Shown piece after piece: positions 35,101 through 44,335 of a stretch of 64,000 nt of DNA (positions within the stretch are counted from its first letter, which is position 1; every line of letters starts with the position of its first letter). The notes under the pieces were generated by a model, which saw only the letters and a list, made by a program, of their open reading frames with translations, was not told the origin of the DNA and did not search any database. Source of the stretch: Caecitellus pseudoparvulus. Lineage: Eukaryota > Protista > Bigyra: Bicosoecida. Where the stretch lies: assembly GCA_965644315.1 (NCBI GenBank), contig CBFFRQ010000057.1, positions 620,001 through 684,000 on the forward strand, given 5' to 3'. The position numbers were made by a program, and so were the translations under genes.

Positions 35101-36077
35101 CGGCGTATGGCAGTTTGAAAGGGTCAAGCAGGTACAGTCAGCAAGGCAGCTGGTCCCAAGGGGCACACGCAAGTCCTCAGAACTCACGCACCCCAGATCG
35201 TGTGCTGCGCAGCGCGTCGGGGCCTAGCCAACCACTTGCTGGAATCCGTAGCCAAGCTGCGTCACCTCCACAGATGCCTGCCATGCGTAGCACTGGCAGG
35301 GACAAGCCAGCACCTCACCGGTCACGAGTCATGACGAGGCAGACTGGGGTGAGCACGGGGTACTCCCCAGCTCCACCCTCAAACAACAGCTCAGGGCCAC
35401 TGGCAAGCAAGGCAGCTGGAGTGGCCTACGGACAGAGCCCCAGTCACACGCCTGCCGTCGGTTCCACGAGACGTGGCACTCCAGGGGTGCGCTTCCGTGG
35501 CATTCCACCGATGGAAAGTGCACCTCCGGTAGGGACTCGGAAGTCACTCCTGTCGAGCCCGGGGGCGTCTGGGAAGACGACCTTCCCTCCTGGGCCAAAG
35601 TTGGACCCAAGCCTGGCTGAGAGGGACTCCTTGCCACCAAGCAAGACTGCCAAGACGCCTCCAAAACGGCGCTCGCCGTCGCCTGTGCCAACCACCCCCA
35701 CACTTGGGCCCCCTCCTGGATACACCAACCTGCGACGGTCCTCTTCGCCGCCAGCTGTGAGACTGGCCAGGCGGCCCAGCAGGCCTCTGCTGAGTGAGAA
35801 AAACGTGGGCAGCGAAGCAGCTTCCAGGAGCCTACAGCGGGGCGGTGGCCGCAGGACCCAGTCCCAAGGAGGACAGCCCTCCAGCATTCCGCGACGAAGG
35901 GGACCAGCATTTGAGAGCCGCCCACCTGTAGTGCACCAGCGCCAGGCTGCTGTGCCCGGGCAGCGCGCTGCGGCGACTCAACGCACAGCTGAGCTGCAGT
36001 CAAACAAAGACAGACTTGAGGCTCTTCGTGCTGAACTGGAGCGCCTGGAGGTCCGCCCTGTGTCCCCCGTTCAGTAG
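32199..36077 (+). CDS. Large intrinsically disordered Ser/Pro-rich protein with internal 37-aa tandem repeats and a C-terminal coiled coil
   Basis: The ORF is open from 31998; MDSPK at 32199 is a plausible start. Many SP/TP sites; ends LQSNKDRLEALRAELERLE. Confidence 0.65.
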   Translation: MDSPKSRTRSASFVGIPEKWRPSWPGAPAGPAEGEPRQVPRATTPPRRHTVAARAPGSHVAPLQPFLQKGLHAPEHESSGPPGTGPLPVGPEVPEDKGEAAAVSHATEAAQTPPRNPVGPAKAAEKRGKLGSSGPGHPSGHPTSPPRKLPASPLSPQARGASHNQRPMKVQPPTSGPRPRQATATAALTPSPEKTAQLPHPAVPPPPGMSKPSGHRAAGQADTAPASHSTSLARSGPPQRANLPDHYFAPFGAGELQGLSPSQQGLPSPPTDESRPPTSPEPEASLPRSPQASLAHARALVQQLQSLAPSSPPPAPPASPDWIVQADAAEAEAAAGLTVLSGLTSTPVPHDALVAQASPEQSASPPQPLHDTVRQWQKDVKGPSWEDVHSSVKAAKDAASDLAMSPSRAAKAAAMQEAPEQSPPRVPSPTQQSPEQSLQSLLAMPDIAPLTEALSPPPAAPATSTPPQAQELPSDTDVSSLLQPLASGSPVATVHAQWGQAAIEARSSSRAAQPTSSIRPPDTEQIKPLASASALSDLRSPPRQTVFVRKEGTPSRYLTHTSARTPPRASHFATDTQGLRRGPQSLTNTYSQPRSPAYGGASGRAVTSPGRGRPTTGTAMTSGGGGGGAPRSPAYGGVSGRAVTSPGRGRPTTGTAMTSGGGGGSSGAPRSPAYGGASGRAVTSPGRGRPTTGTAMTSGGGGGGAPRSPAYGGASGRAVTSPGRGRPTTGTAMTSGGGGGGAPRSPAYGGASGRAVTSPGRGRPTTGTAMTSGGGGGGAPRSPAYGGASGRAVTSPGRGRPTTGTAMTSGGGGGGAPRSPAYGGASGRAVTSPGRGRPTTGTAMTSGGGGAPRSPAYGGASGRAVTSPGRGRPTTGTAMTSGGGGGGAPRSPAYGGASGRAVTSPGRGRPTTGTAMTSGGGGGGAPRSPAYGGVSGRAVTSPGRGRPTTGTAMTSGGGGGSSGAPRSPAYGSLKGSSRYSQQGSWSQGAHASPQNSRTPDRVLRSASGPSQPLAGIRSQAASPPQMPAMRSTGRDKPAPHRSRVMTRQTGVSTGYSPAPPSNNSSGPLASKAAGVAYGQSPSHTPAVGSTRRGTPGVRFRGIPPMESAPPVGTRKSLLSSPGASGKTTFPPGPKLDPSLAERDSLPPSKTAKTPPKRRSPSPVPTTPTLGPPPGYTNLRRSSSPPAVRLARRPSRPLLSEKNVGSEAASRSLQRGGGRRTQSQGGQPSSIPRRRGPAFESRPPVVHQRQAAVPGQRAAATQRTAELQSNKDRLEALRAELERLEVRPVSPVQ
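33975..35111 (+). repeat. Coding minisatellite, 10 full units plus a partial one, unit 111 bp (variants 105 and 117 bp)
   Basis: Unit starts at 33975, 34086, 34203, 34314, 34425, 34536, 34647, 34752, 34863, 34974 and 35091. Encodes PRSPAYGGASGRAVTSPGRGRPTTGTAMTSGGGGGGA. Confidence 0.97.
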
Positions 36078-36082
36078 TGAAT

Positions 36083-37342
36083 TCATCGTTCGGCTTTGCT
36101 TGGCCCAGCGGGCAACGCGGCTGCGCTCAAATCTGCGTCTCGCTGCAGAGCCGCTTGACCCGCCAGGTGTAGCATGGCAGGCAACAGCTGCAGGCGCGCA
36201 CGAGCGTTCACAGGGCCGAGACGGGCCCGCATGGAGGGGTCTGCAAAGTCGCCCTGCACGACCCATTCCCCCATGCTGGAGGCCTCCTCAGCGAGAACGC
36301 GGAACACGGCCTCGTGGGCGTGGGCGTGCTGCAGCAGCACCCACACTGCGTACCGGGACAGGACGGCTCGCATGCGTGCCAGGTGGGGCCGCTCAGCACT
36401 GTTGATGAGGCTCTCCACTTCTGGCGTCAGAGGCTTGTCCAGGTCCATGACGAGGTCCACGGCTCCAGGGGTGGAGGAGAAGGCAGCCCAGGGCATGGCA
36501 GCCTGGACGATGCGGCGCAAGAAGACATCCTCCCCGCTGGCGTTGAAGGAGGACATGAGTCCGTCGATCATGCAATTGCCCAGTGCAGTGCCGTACTCTG
36601 CAGCCGTGGCGTCTTGGCTGGCGGCGTCCTCAGTCCACTTCTTCGCGTGAGCCCTGCGCAGCAAGGTCGGCAAGCCAGCGAAGTCATAGACGCTGGCGCC
36701 TGACGTGTGCCAGGAAGACAGGAAGACGTCCTCATCCAAGGGACCTGGCACGTGTGGCAGGGGCCAGGCGTGCAGGGGCTCCACGGGAGACTCTGCCAGC
36801 ACCTCCGCAACGCTGGCTGCGCTTTCGTTGCCTGTCCCACGAACGCTGCTGGCCAGCACCTTGAAGGACTGGGCACCCATGCCAGCCGGCATCTGGTGCA
36901 GCGCCGCCAGCATGTCGATAGGGTCGAACTTGGACACAATCATGAGCTGGGCGACGAATTGAGACCTGGTCTTCGGCGTCATGGTTTTCATCACCTCTGC
37001 CAGGAAGAAAATACAGCGGGTGCGGTAACCCATGTCTTCGGGCAAGGTGGGGTCCTGGGCGACTCGCCGAAAGGCTGGCAGCAAGTGCTTCATGTCAGTG
37101 TCGCGGTAAAAGTGCAAGAGCACACGCTGCTCGGGCTCTGCAGACCCGAAAGCCTCAACCATGGCGGCCTCGTCGGCATTCACGCTCGACATGAGGCTGT
37201 CAATGACAGCATCCATTTGTGCCTTCAGCGGCATCGCATTGGGACTGGCCGTTCCACTCGAACAAGCGCAAATGGGCTGGAATCCTGGGAGGCGCGCCCT
37301 GAGCGTTGGCATGCGGCTCGAAAGCCTGGCCAAAGCACGCAT
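36083..37342 (-). CDS. Hypothetical protein with a probable mitochondrial targeting peptide
   Basis: About 420-aa ORF; N-terminus MRALARLSSRMPTLRARL is Arg-rich and acid-free; the body looks globular and helical. Confidence 0.65.
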   Translation of the reverse strand: MRALARLSSRMPTLRARLPGFQPICACSSGTASPNAMPLKAQMDAVIDSLMSSVNADEAAMVEAFGSAEPEQRVLLHFYRDTDMKHLLPAFRRVAQDPTLPEDMGYRTRCIFFLAEVMKTMTPKTRSQFVAQLMIVSKFDPIDMLAALHQMPAGMGAQSFKVLASSVRGTGNESAASVAEVLAESPVEPLHAWPLPHVPGPLDEDVFLSSWHTSGASVYDFAGLPTLLRRAHAKKWTEDAASQDATAAEYGTALGNCMIDGLMSSFNASGEDVFLRRIVQAAMPWAAFSSTPGAVDLVMDLDKPLTPEVESLINSAERPHLARMRAVLSRYAVWVLLQHAHAHEAVFRVLAEEASSMGEWVVQGDFADPSMRARLGPVNARARLQLLPAMLHLAGQAALQRDADLSAAALPAGPSKAER

Positions 37343-37352
37343 GTTTCTCAAT

Positions 37353-37362
37353 CAATTTCCGC
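37353..37362 (-). promoter_or_regulatory. GCGGAAATTG element upstream of the 36083-37342 gene
   Basis: 10 nt before ATG 37342 on the minus strand. Confidence 0.55.
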
Positions 37363-37752
37363 TCCACACCGAAGGCTGCACAGCCGCTGTTCGTGCAAAA
37401 CTGTGCAATATGGGCATCCCACGCACCCAATTGACGCGGTTCAGAGACGTTGGTTCGGGTCTATTGTGAGAGGTCCCTCCATATGTCACGCAGCAGCGCA
37501 GTGGCAGGCTCTGCATGTAAATGCCAGCAGCTGGACGAAGTCTCCGCGTGCAAAGCCAGGGAGGATCCACGAACGCGGCCTGAGGCGAATGACGCACGTG
37601 CCTTTGCATAAAACTGCCCTGGAACGGTCAAAGCCTTGGCAAAGTACACGCGGTGAGCGCCGCGTCAAACTCGAGCAGGCGGCAACGCAGAGGGACTGCC
37701 TGAAGCAACCTCCCTCCAACGCCCTGCCCCACAGGCACCATTGGCACAAACC

Positions 37753-38680
37753 TCAAGCAGTTTTCAGCGAGTACTTGTATGCCGCCAGCCCCGCTGCATC
37801 GCGCAACATGCTGTCGCCGCACTGCACGCCCATCACGTAGGCAGCCACGATTGCCGGCACCCCGCACGCCAACCACCAGACATGCACCACCCACAACTCA
37901 TGGGCCACCAACACTGCTGCCCAGTACACTGTGCATGGCAAGTAGCCCATTCCGAGCAGGGCAACCCACTCGGCGTGAGCTGGGACGGCAGCCTGGAGCA
38001 TAGGAGGAATGGCAGTGTACTGGGCGGGGGGCTTGCCGAGGACAATGCTGCCCCAGGGCGCCTGTGCTACAGTGCCCAGCTCCCGCACAGAGCTGAGAGC
38101 CTGAAAGGTGTGCACTGAGTGTGCAACAATGCAGATCTGTGCGGCGGCACGCTTGAGTCGAGTGAGCGCATAGCATTCCCGAGCAGTGCCGGCGCACGCA
38201 CGAGGACCGACGCCACGATAAAGTACGTGACGAGCAGTGGTAAGACACTGTTTGTGTGGTGCAACAAGTACGCTGCGTGGTCTATGGGTTCCGCGTCTCC
38301 GGTGGCGACAATGAAGTGGCAGCAAATGACCAGCAGCGCGATGCCAGCGCAGACGCTGCCAAATCCAGCCTGAAGAAAGGGCACAGGTTCGACGCAGTGC
38401 AACTATGGGTGCGACGTGCCTGCCATGGCGCCGGCCGCGCACCATAATTGAGCGGTAGTACGCTGCTGCCTCTCGCACGATGGTGTCAATGACGGCTTCT
38501 TGCTCTGCGACAGCAGCGTGAAGTTCCCGGAAGTGGAGGGAGTGGCCTGACCTCACTGAAACTAACTCCACGGCCGCCTCTCGAGAGGATGCCTTGCCCC
38601 TCACCTTCTTCGTTCAGAATTCCTCCTTTCATGTCGGGAACCGAAGAGCTGGGGGTGCCAGCTGCCCGCAGCGAGGCCAT
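37753..38680 (-). CDS. Small multi-pass membrane protein of unknown function, 4 exons
   Basis: Spliced reading: MASLRAAG...ILNEE|EQEAVIDTIVREAAAYYRSIM|AGFGSVCAGIALLVI...|ICIVAH...AAYKYSLKTA*, with GT-AG introns in consistent phase and a C-terminal Lys motif. Confidence 0.6.
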
Positions 38681-39070
38681 GGCGCGTTTCGGCGACGTTT
38701 CGAGCAGACAAGTACAGGCGCGACGGGCGGTGGGCGCCCTAAAGAAAGCAGTAGGCTCAAAAACACAGAGCATGCCAACGAAACGTGTGTTTTTATTCTT
38801 GGGGCGACACATGTTTTAGCGGGGGCGCGTCACTGCGGTGCTCACATGTAGCTGAGAGAAGGAGTGGTGGAGGATTCGACGCCCAGTGCAACACAAGACA
38901 AGCGAGGACACAATAAAACGTGCAGACCAAGTGACTGCACTTGCAGCCTCCTATCTCAAGTGCATTCACGCTCCGCTGCTTCCTCCGCCCCCCCAATGCC
39001 AGGCCCGCCGCTGGCAGGAGACGCAAGCCAACAAGGTCGGATGCCGCTGCACCTGCCTTGACCCTGCACC

Positions 39071-42000
39071 ATGGACTCGGGGCCTGGAATTGCGAAAGCC
39101 ATTGCAGCAGTGATATGTGATGATGTTCCCGTGCCCGGCGTCCCTGACCCCCGAACTGCCGCGGATGTGTTGGCGGCGACGAGCAGCATGGCGCTCGCAG
39201 CTGGAGTCATGGCGCATGCGGGGACCCAGAACACGCTGAGCCTCGCGTCCCTGGTCATGAGCAGTGCGCTTGTTGCTCTGCTCGTGGCGTACTCGGCGCA
39301 TGTGAGCGTGGGGCACCACGTGGCGTGCGAAGCTCAGGTGGCGCAGCTGGCAAATCCAGACACGCTGTGGAGGGAATTGTCCAGTCCTTCAGGGCTTGAC
39401 CGGCAGGTCGTGGACGTCGTGGGCAGCAACCCCCTGACACGGAGCGTTAGTGATGCATTTGAGCAGACAATTGGCCTGCCCCTTTTGCTGCGCCAGCTGC
39501 TCTTTGCCTCCGTGGCGCTCGGACTGAGTGTGAGCAGCACAAATTCCGCATTGCAGCGCCTGCTCGCGTGGGGGGCAATGGGCACAGGCGTGCTGTTGTT
39601 CCTGGGGACGTCCACCTCAGACACAGTGATCCGCACCGTTTTCGGCACGGTATTCGGTGCGCACGTCATGACTTTCCATGCCTTCGGCTTCCTGGTCCTG
39701 GCCACCGCGCAGTGGCTGCCCAAGTTCGTCGCCGACTGCTCAGGCTTTGCACTGCTTGGTGGGGCGGTGGCGGTGGGCATCCTGCTACTTCGCAGCACAG
39801 TCCGAGTGCGCAGCTTGGTGACCCTGCGCACGGCAGTGCTGCAGCAAATGTTCCTCCTCGCCGTGCAGTACCTGCTGTGCCTGCCCTCCTGGCACCCAAG
39901 CTGGGTGGCTCTGCTGCCCGTCATGCTCATCACAGGCAACGCAGAGCTGCCTGCTGCTGCTTCGGTGCGGGTGTTGGGGGTGAGCTTTGCACTGCCGCCT
40001 GCGCTGGCCGCCGCTGCCGGCCTGCACGCGCGCGGCAGCACGGTGTGGCGACGCGCCTCCTCTGACAGCGGCGGTGCGTCACACATCTGGGGCTTCGTGC
40101 ACCGGGGACTCCTGGATGCAGCCACGGTAGCGGGGCGCCTCCTAGTCACCTCCACCTGCCACCAGGCTGTCCTCGTACTGCAGGGCGCCCCCATGGTTGA
40201 CATGTGGTCAGGTGTGGCGGCTGACGTACCGCTGTGCCTCAGGGCGACGGTGGGAGTGGTACAGGAGTGGCTGCTGCTGCCTGCAGCTGGCCTGCCGTGG
40301 CTGGGCAGTGCCTTCGCGCGGTATGCCGCCGTGGCGCAGGGCGTGCACCAGGCTCTGGACGCCGACACGCCCCTGGGCCAAGCCATGGTGGGGCTCTGGC
40401 TCACATCGATCAACATGGCGGTGTGCTTGATGGGGGCCAAGTGGGCACGGCGCACCCTGGGCATTCACCACGGCTGGGCGGGCCTGTGGCCAGTCACAGT
40501 GCTGCCAGTGGGGGTCAGCCTGGTCCTGGGCACCACTGGCCTGTTGCCTCGGGGCGGGGCACTGCTCTTCGCCGCGGTGGCTGCCCAGGCAGCTGGCACG
40601 TACGTGAGCGGGTGGCGCCGCCCCTGGTCCCGCCACACGCTGTCCTTGCACAGCATGGGCGTGACGGGCATGGGCATGCACGCTTCCGGTAGCAAGATGG
40701 CCATGGTGGCGCGCCTGCTGGCGTCAGTGTTCCTGCTCACCACGCGTGCTGTGGTGGGGCTGACCGCCACCCTCGTCGCTGCCACGCTGTTGCGCAGTCG
40801 ATGGCAGCCGACTGTGCGCCTGGTGCGGGGCTTGCTGCGTGGGGAGCTGGACCTGCACGCCGCCAGCGCGCAGGAGTCCAGCAGCCTCTCCCACCCAGCG
40901 CTCCTGCTGACTGGTCTGTGCGTGCTGTGGAAGGTGGGCTGCCTGCTGCACCTGGCCAGGGCACGTTGGCACGAAGTGGTGCAAAGTATGAATCAAACCA
41001 AGGCCGGGGCAGGCGTCGGAGGGCTGATTGGGAGTGGGGGTGCAGCGGTGGGAGATGGAAGTCTGCCCATGGTCAGCTTGGGGGTGGACGTGCTCAGCCT
41101 GTGTGAGACGTGGAGTGAGGGCTCCGTGCAGCCTCCAGGCAGCGAAACCGACACCATCGCTGGCACAGGTGAGGGCGGGTCCGAGGCCACTGCCCTCCCA
41201 CGTGCAGCTCGCCCCCGCTCACGACCACGGCGGCGCCGGACCTTGGATGGCGGCAGCAGTGGCACACGCTCCTTGGCTCCGAGTTCAAGCCTCCACAGCT
41301 TCTTGCCGTGGGGGTTGGAGGGCTTGCTGGAGGGAGTGGTGATGGGGGGCGGGGCCACGGGTCTGGGCGCAGGCAGCGGGAACAGCAGCCCCACGGCAGC
41401 CTCCGTGAACGCAGACGACCCCCAGGGGGCGCCTGATGCCGACCCACCCGCCCTGCCGTGCCCTGACTTCGACGACTTGCACGAGTGGGACGACGCCGCC
41501 TCCGTGGTGTCCAGCGCCACTCTCAGCGGCACGTCGCGCAAGGAGGTGACACGTCTCCTGCGGCGGCGGCGGGCAGCCCAGGCACGAGCGCGCAGCGGTG
41601 GCCGCCTAAGACCCCGGAGCCCACTGCACCCAGCAGCCCTGCAGCAGGTGCCATCCCCCGTGTCCCCCTTGGACCCAGCCCCCCAGCCGGCGCCGTCCAC
41701 CGTGAGGACCCCCCGTTTGCGTGCATTGCACAGCAGCGCGGCAGGCGTGCCGGGGGTGGACGGCCTGTCCCAAGTGCAAGGTGCGCACTCGCCGGTGCCA
41801 GCCACTGCCACGTCCATGGGCACTGCTAGGCACCTGTGGGACGTTCGCAGTACGGGCAGGTCCGACCGGTACCTCTCAGCAGTGCGCATGCCACAGCTGA
41901 GCACGCCCCACGTGCCTAGCTCGCCACCACGGCGTTCATCCCCACCACCCCGCGCAGTGGCCAGCAGTGCTGTCTCTGCTCCCCCTGTCCATGGGCCTGC

Positions 42001-42244
42001 TGGCCTGCTGCCCATGGCTGCGCCCATGTACGCCGAACTTGCGCGGGCGCCGGGCAGGTCGGCGGCGCTGTCCCCCAGGGCCGGCAGCGGCGGCAGCATC
42101 CACAGCTCGGGCGCGGCGCCTCCCCCTCCAGCCTTGCCACAGCCTGTCCCTGTGACAGCAGCATTGTCTCCCTTGCACTTGGACATTGCCGGCGCGGCTG
42201 CCAGCCTGGGACAGGGGCAGCGACCACCCTCCCCCTTCGCATGA
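39071..42244 (+). CDS. Hypothetical polytopic membrane protein with a disordered C-terminus (1057 aa)
   Basis: Long ORF with many hydrophobic segments in the first ~630 aa, then a Ser/Pro/Arg-rich tail. Confidence 0.6.
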   Translation: MDSGPGIAKAIAAVICDDVPVPGVPDPRTAADVLAATSSMALAAGVMAHAGTQNTLSLASLVMSSALVALLVAYSAHVSVGHHVACEAQVAQLANPDTLWRELSSPSGLDRQVVDVVGSNPLTRSVSDAFEQTIGLPLLLRQLLFASVALGLSVSSTNSALQRLLAWGAMGTGVLLFLGTSTSDTVIRTVFGTVFGAHVMTFHAFGFLVLATAQWLPKFVADCSGFALLGGAVAVGILLLRSTVRVRSLVTLRTAVLQQMFLLAVQYLLCLPSWHPSWVALLPVMLITGNAELPAAASVRVLGVSFALPPALAAAAGLHARGSTVWRRASSDSGGASHIWGFVHRGLLDAATVAGRLLVTSTCHQAVLVLQGAPMVDMWSGVAADVPLCLRATVGVVQEWLLLPAAGLPWLGSAFARYAAVAQGVHQALDADTPLGQAMVGLWLTSINMAVCLMGAKWARRTLGIHHGWAGLWPVTVLPVGVSLVLGTTGLLPRGGALLFAAVAAQAAGTYVSGWRRPWSRHTLSLHSMGVTGMGMHASGSKMAMVARLLASVFLLTTRAVVGLTATLVAATLLRSRWQPTVRLVRGLLRGELDLHAASAQESSSLSHPALLLTGLCVLWKVGCLLHLARARWHEVVQSMNQTKAGAGVGGLIGSGGAAVGDGSLPMVSLGVDVLSLCETWSEGSVQPPGSETDTIAGTGEGGSEATALPRAARPRSRPRRRRTLDGGSSGTRSLAPSSSLHSFLPWGLEGLLEGVVMGGGATGLGAGSGNSSPTAASVNADDPQGAPDADPPALPCPDFDDLHEWDDAASVVSSATLSGTSRKEVTRLLRRRRAAQARARSGGRLRPRSPLHPAALQQVPSPVSPLDPAPQPAPSTVRTPRLRALHSSAAGVPGVDGLSQVQGAHSPVPATATSMGTARHLWDVRSTGRSDRYLSAVRMPQLSTPHVPSSPPRRSSPPPRAVASSAVSAPPVHGPAGLLPMAAPMYAELARAPGRSAALSPRAGSGGSIHSSGAAPPPPALPQPVPVTAALSPLHLDIAGAAASLGQGQRPPSPFA

Positions 42245-42271
42245 GAGGTGCGCCCCATCCAGCGCGTGCAT

Positions 42272-43996
42272 TCACATCCACTCCCCGGGCACGGGGGGGC
42301 TGGGATCCCATGAGCCCAGGCCGGGCAGTGCAGAAAGTCCCTCCCTTCGAGCACCACTGCGGCCCAGCACCGCCATGGCGTCGGCTGCGACCCCCTTGAG
42401 CAGTGCCTGCGCCTCACCCTCTCGCTTGTCCCACGAGGACAGGAGCTGGGCGTACTGGTGTCCCACGAACATCCACTCACGGGCTTCGTACGGGTGCAGC
42501 GTCGCGGCGCCAGCCTTGTACTTGTCCAGCGCTGAGCGAAAGAGACCCTCAGCAGTCACGGCACTCTCGCCGGCAGCTGCCGTGCGGGCCAGCAGGGCCA
42601 GCGTCCGAGCAATGCATGGGTGGCCCTCGGGCAGGACAGTGTGAGGCACCTCCAACACGCCCACTTCGGGCAGCTCCTCTTCGTAGCTGCGCAGGACAGC
42701 CTCATCTTGGGCACTGAGCACTGCACGCAGGCAGGCCGACGCGGCCTCCAAACCCGGGCCAGCGGCAGCAGCCTTGTCTGCAGCCTGCTGCAGGGTGGCG
42801 CCTTCCAAACCGCTGTCAGACGCCTCTTGCAGCAGCTGCAGCTGCACCTGGGCCCAGTTTTGAGCCAGCTCCCACCCCAGGTGGTTGATGCCTGGGCTGA
42901 GCGCGGGCGCCTCCCCGCCCTCTGGAAGATACGTCGATCCGCCAGGCACCAGGAGGAGGGCGCCCATGGCCACTTCTTCGGCGCCCTTGCCTGTAGCGGG
43001 TACGCAGCCACCCAGCAATGCGTTGGGGTCGCCGTCACGGTCGACAGACGACCCGGCCGTGCCCATGCTGGCCAGGGCCGGGTCGCCACCGAAGCCAAGC
43101 AGGGGCGGCTGCGCCGCGTTCAGCTTCCCCACAGCGTACAGGTACGCAGCCATGTTGCGCTCAGCCATGGCTGCGCCTGCCTCGGCGACTCCTGCGTCTG
43201 CAGGGACTTCACTGCGGCTGGCCAGCGCCTCCCAGGCAGCGGCTGCTTCCTCTCGTGCCGGGCTTGGGTCATAGTGCTTGGCAGCAGAACCGGCCGACAC
43301 TGCTTGAGCAGCAATGAAGCGCGTGTGGGCGACTGCTGTCGCCCATGCAAAATCATCCACCTGCAGATGGGGGGAGCAGGGGCTGTGCGCTTGCTCACGC
43401 ATGAGAGGGCAGGTTGCGGAAATTGGGCGCCACGCACGTCGGCGATGTCGCTGAGCAAGTTCACGAGCTGGCGAGAGGCCCCAGCTCCATCCCCCAAATG
43501 GAGGTACAAACTTGACAACGCCAGCTGAGTGAGCACCCTGTCAGTCATGTTATCCTTGTCTGGAGCGTCAGCCAAGGCATTGTGCAGCGCGACAAGGCTG
43601 GACCTCCCGATTGAGTATTCCCTGGCAGAAAACGCCGCCGCAACCAGCCTGCGGGTGCAGGGGATACCCACTGTGCAAGATCTGTAGTTCGTGCTGCACT
43701 TCGTGCCTCTGCGCGTACCTTTTCTGGGCTGCAATGGCCATGGGCGAAGCAGGCCCCATGGAGGTGGTCACCTCCACGACTCGCTGCAGCTCCGGCAGAG
43801 CTGCACCTGGCTTGCCCGCGTCCAGAGCTGCCTCAGCTGCTGTCCACTCGGGAAACGCCACCAGCTGTGCACTTGCTGCGTCGCTTGCAGCGGGTGGCAG
43901 CGCCCACACGCCCTCGCCGCTGGGGCAGGTGCACATGCGGCGCAGCCTTGCGCCGCCCAAGGCATTTCGGCCGGCACGCCACACCCTGGCTGCCAT
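42272..43996 (-). CDS. Hypothetical TPR-like helical protein with a probable mitochondrial presequence, 3 exons
   Basis: MAARVWRAGRNALGGARLRRM leader; ORF segments 43568-43996, 43120-43734 and 42272-43402 are joined by GT-AG introns; C-terminal AVTAEGLFRSALD...YAQLL..WDKREGEA. Confidence 0.6.
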
Positions 43997-44335
43997 GGTG
44001 AAGAGACAGATGAACCTTGCTCTGTGGTGGAGGAGCGCCTCTTCGGGGGGTGGGGGTGGGTGTGGTTCTTAGCTTGAGGTGTATTTTAAAGTCACTCTTG
44101 ATCTGTTGTCCAGTCTAACTCCGGATATCCTTGCCTAGGAACCAAATGACAGTTTTTGCATAGATCGTGTCAAATTGATCAGGGAGCCAAAGTAGGCAAC
44201 ACGCCTGCCTCGACAAATACAACCCAACCTACAATGCTCAGCCCCCGTCCACACCCACATAGCGTGGACTGACGTGTGTGAGGTGTGTGCTTGGACTGTG
44301 TCCGCAGCGCCAGACCAGCATACTCATCGCCAGTA

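Noticed and set aside
33975-35111. CRISPR-like array
   Set aside because: Units are head-to-tail with no unique spacers, all lengths are multiples of 3 inside an ORF, there are no cas genes and the context is eukaryotic.
33958-35187. Antisense repeat ORFs (409 aa and 361 aa)
   Set aside because: Shadow frames produced by a stop-free GC-rich repeat unit.
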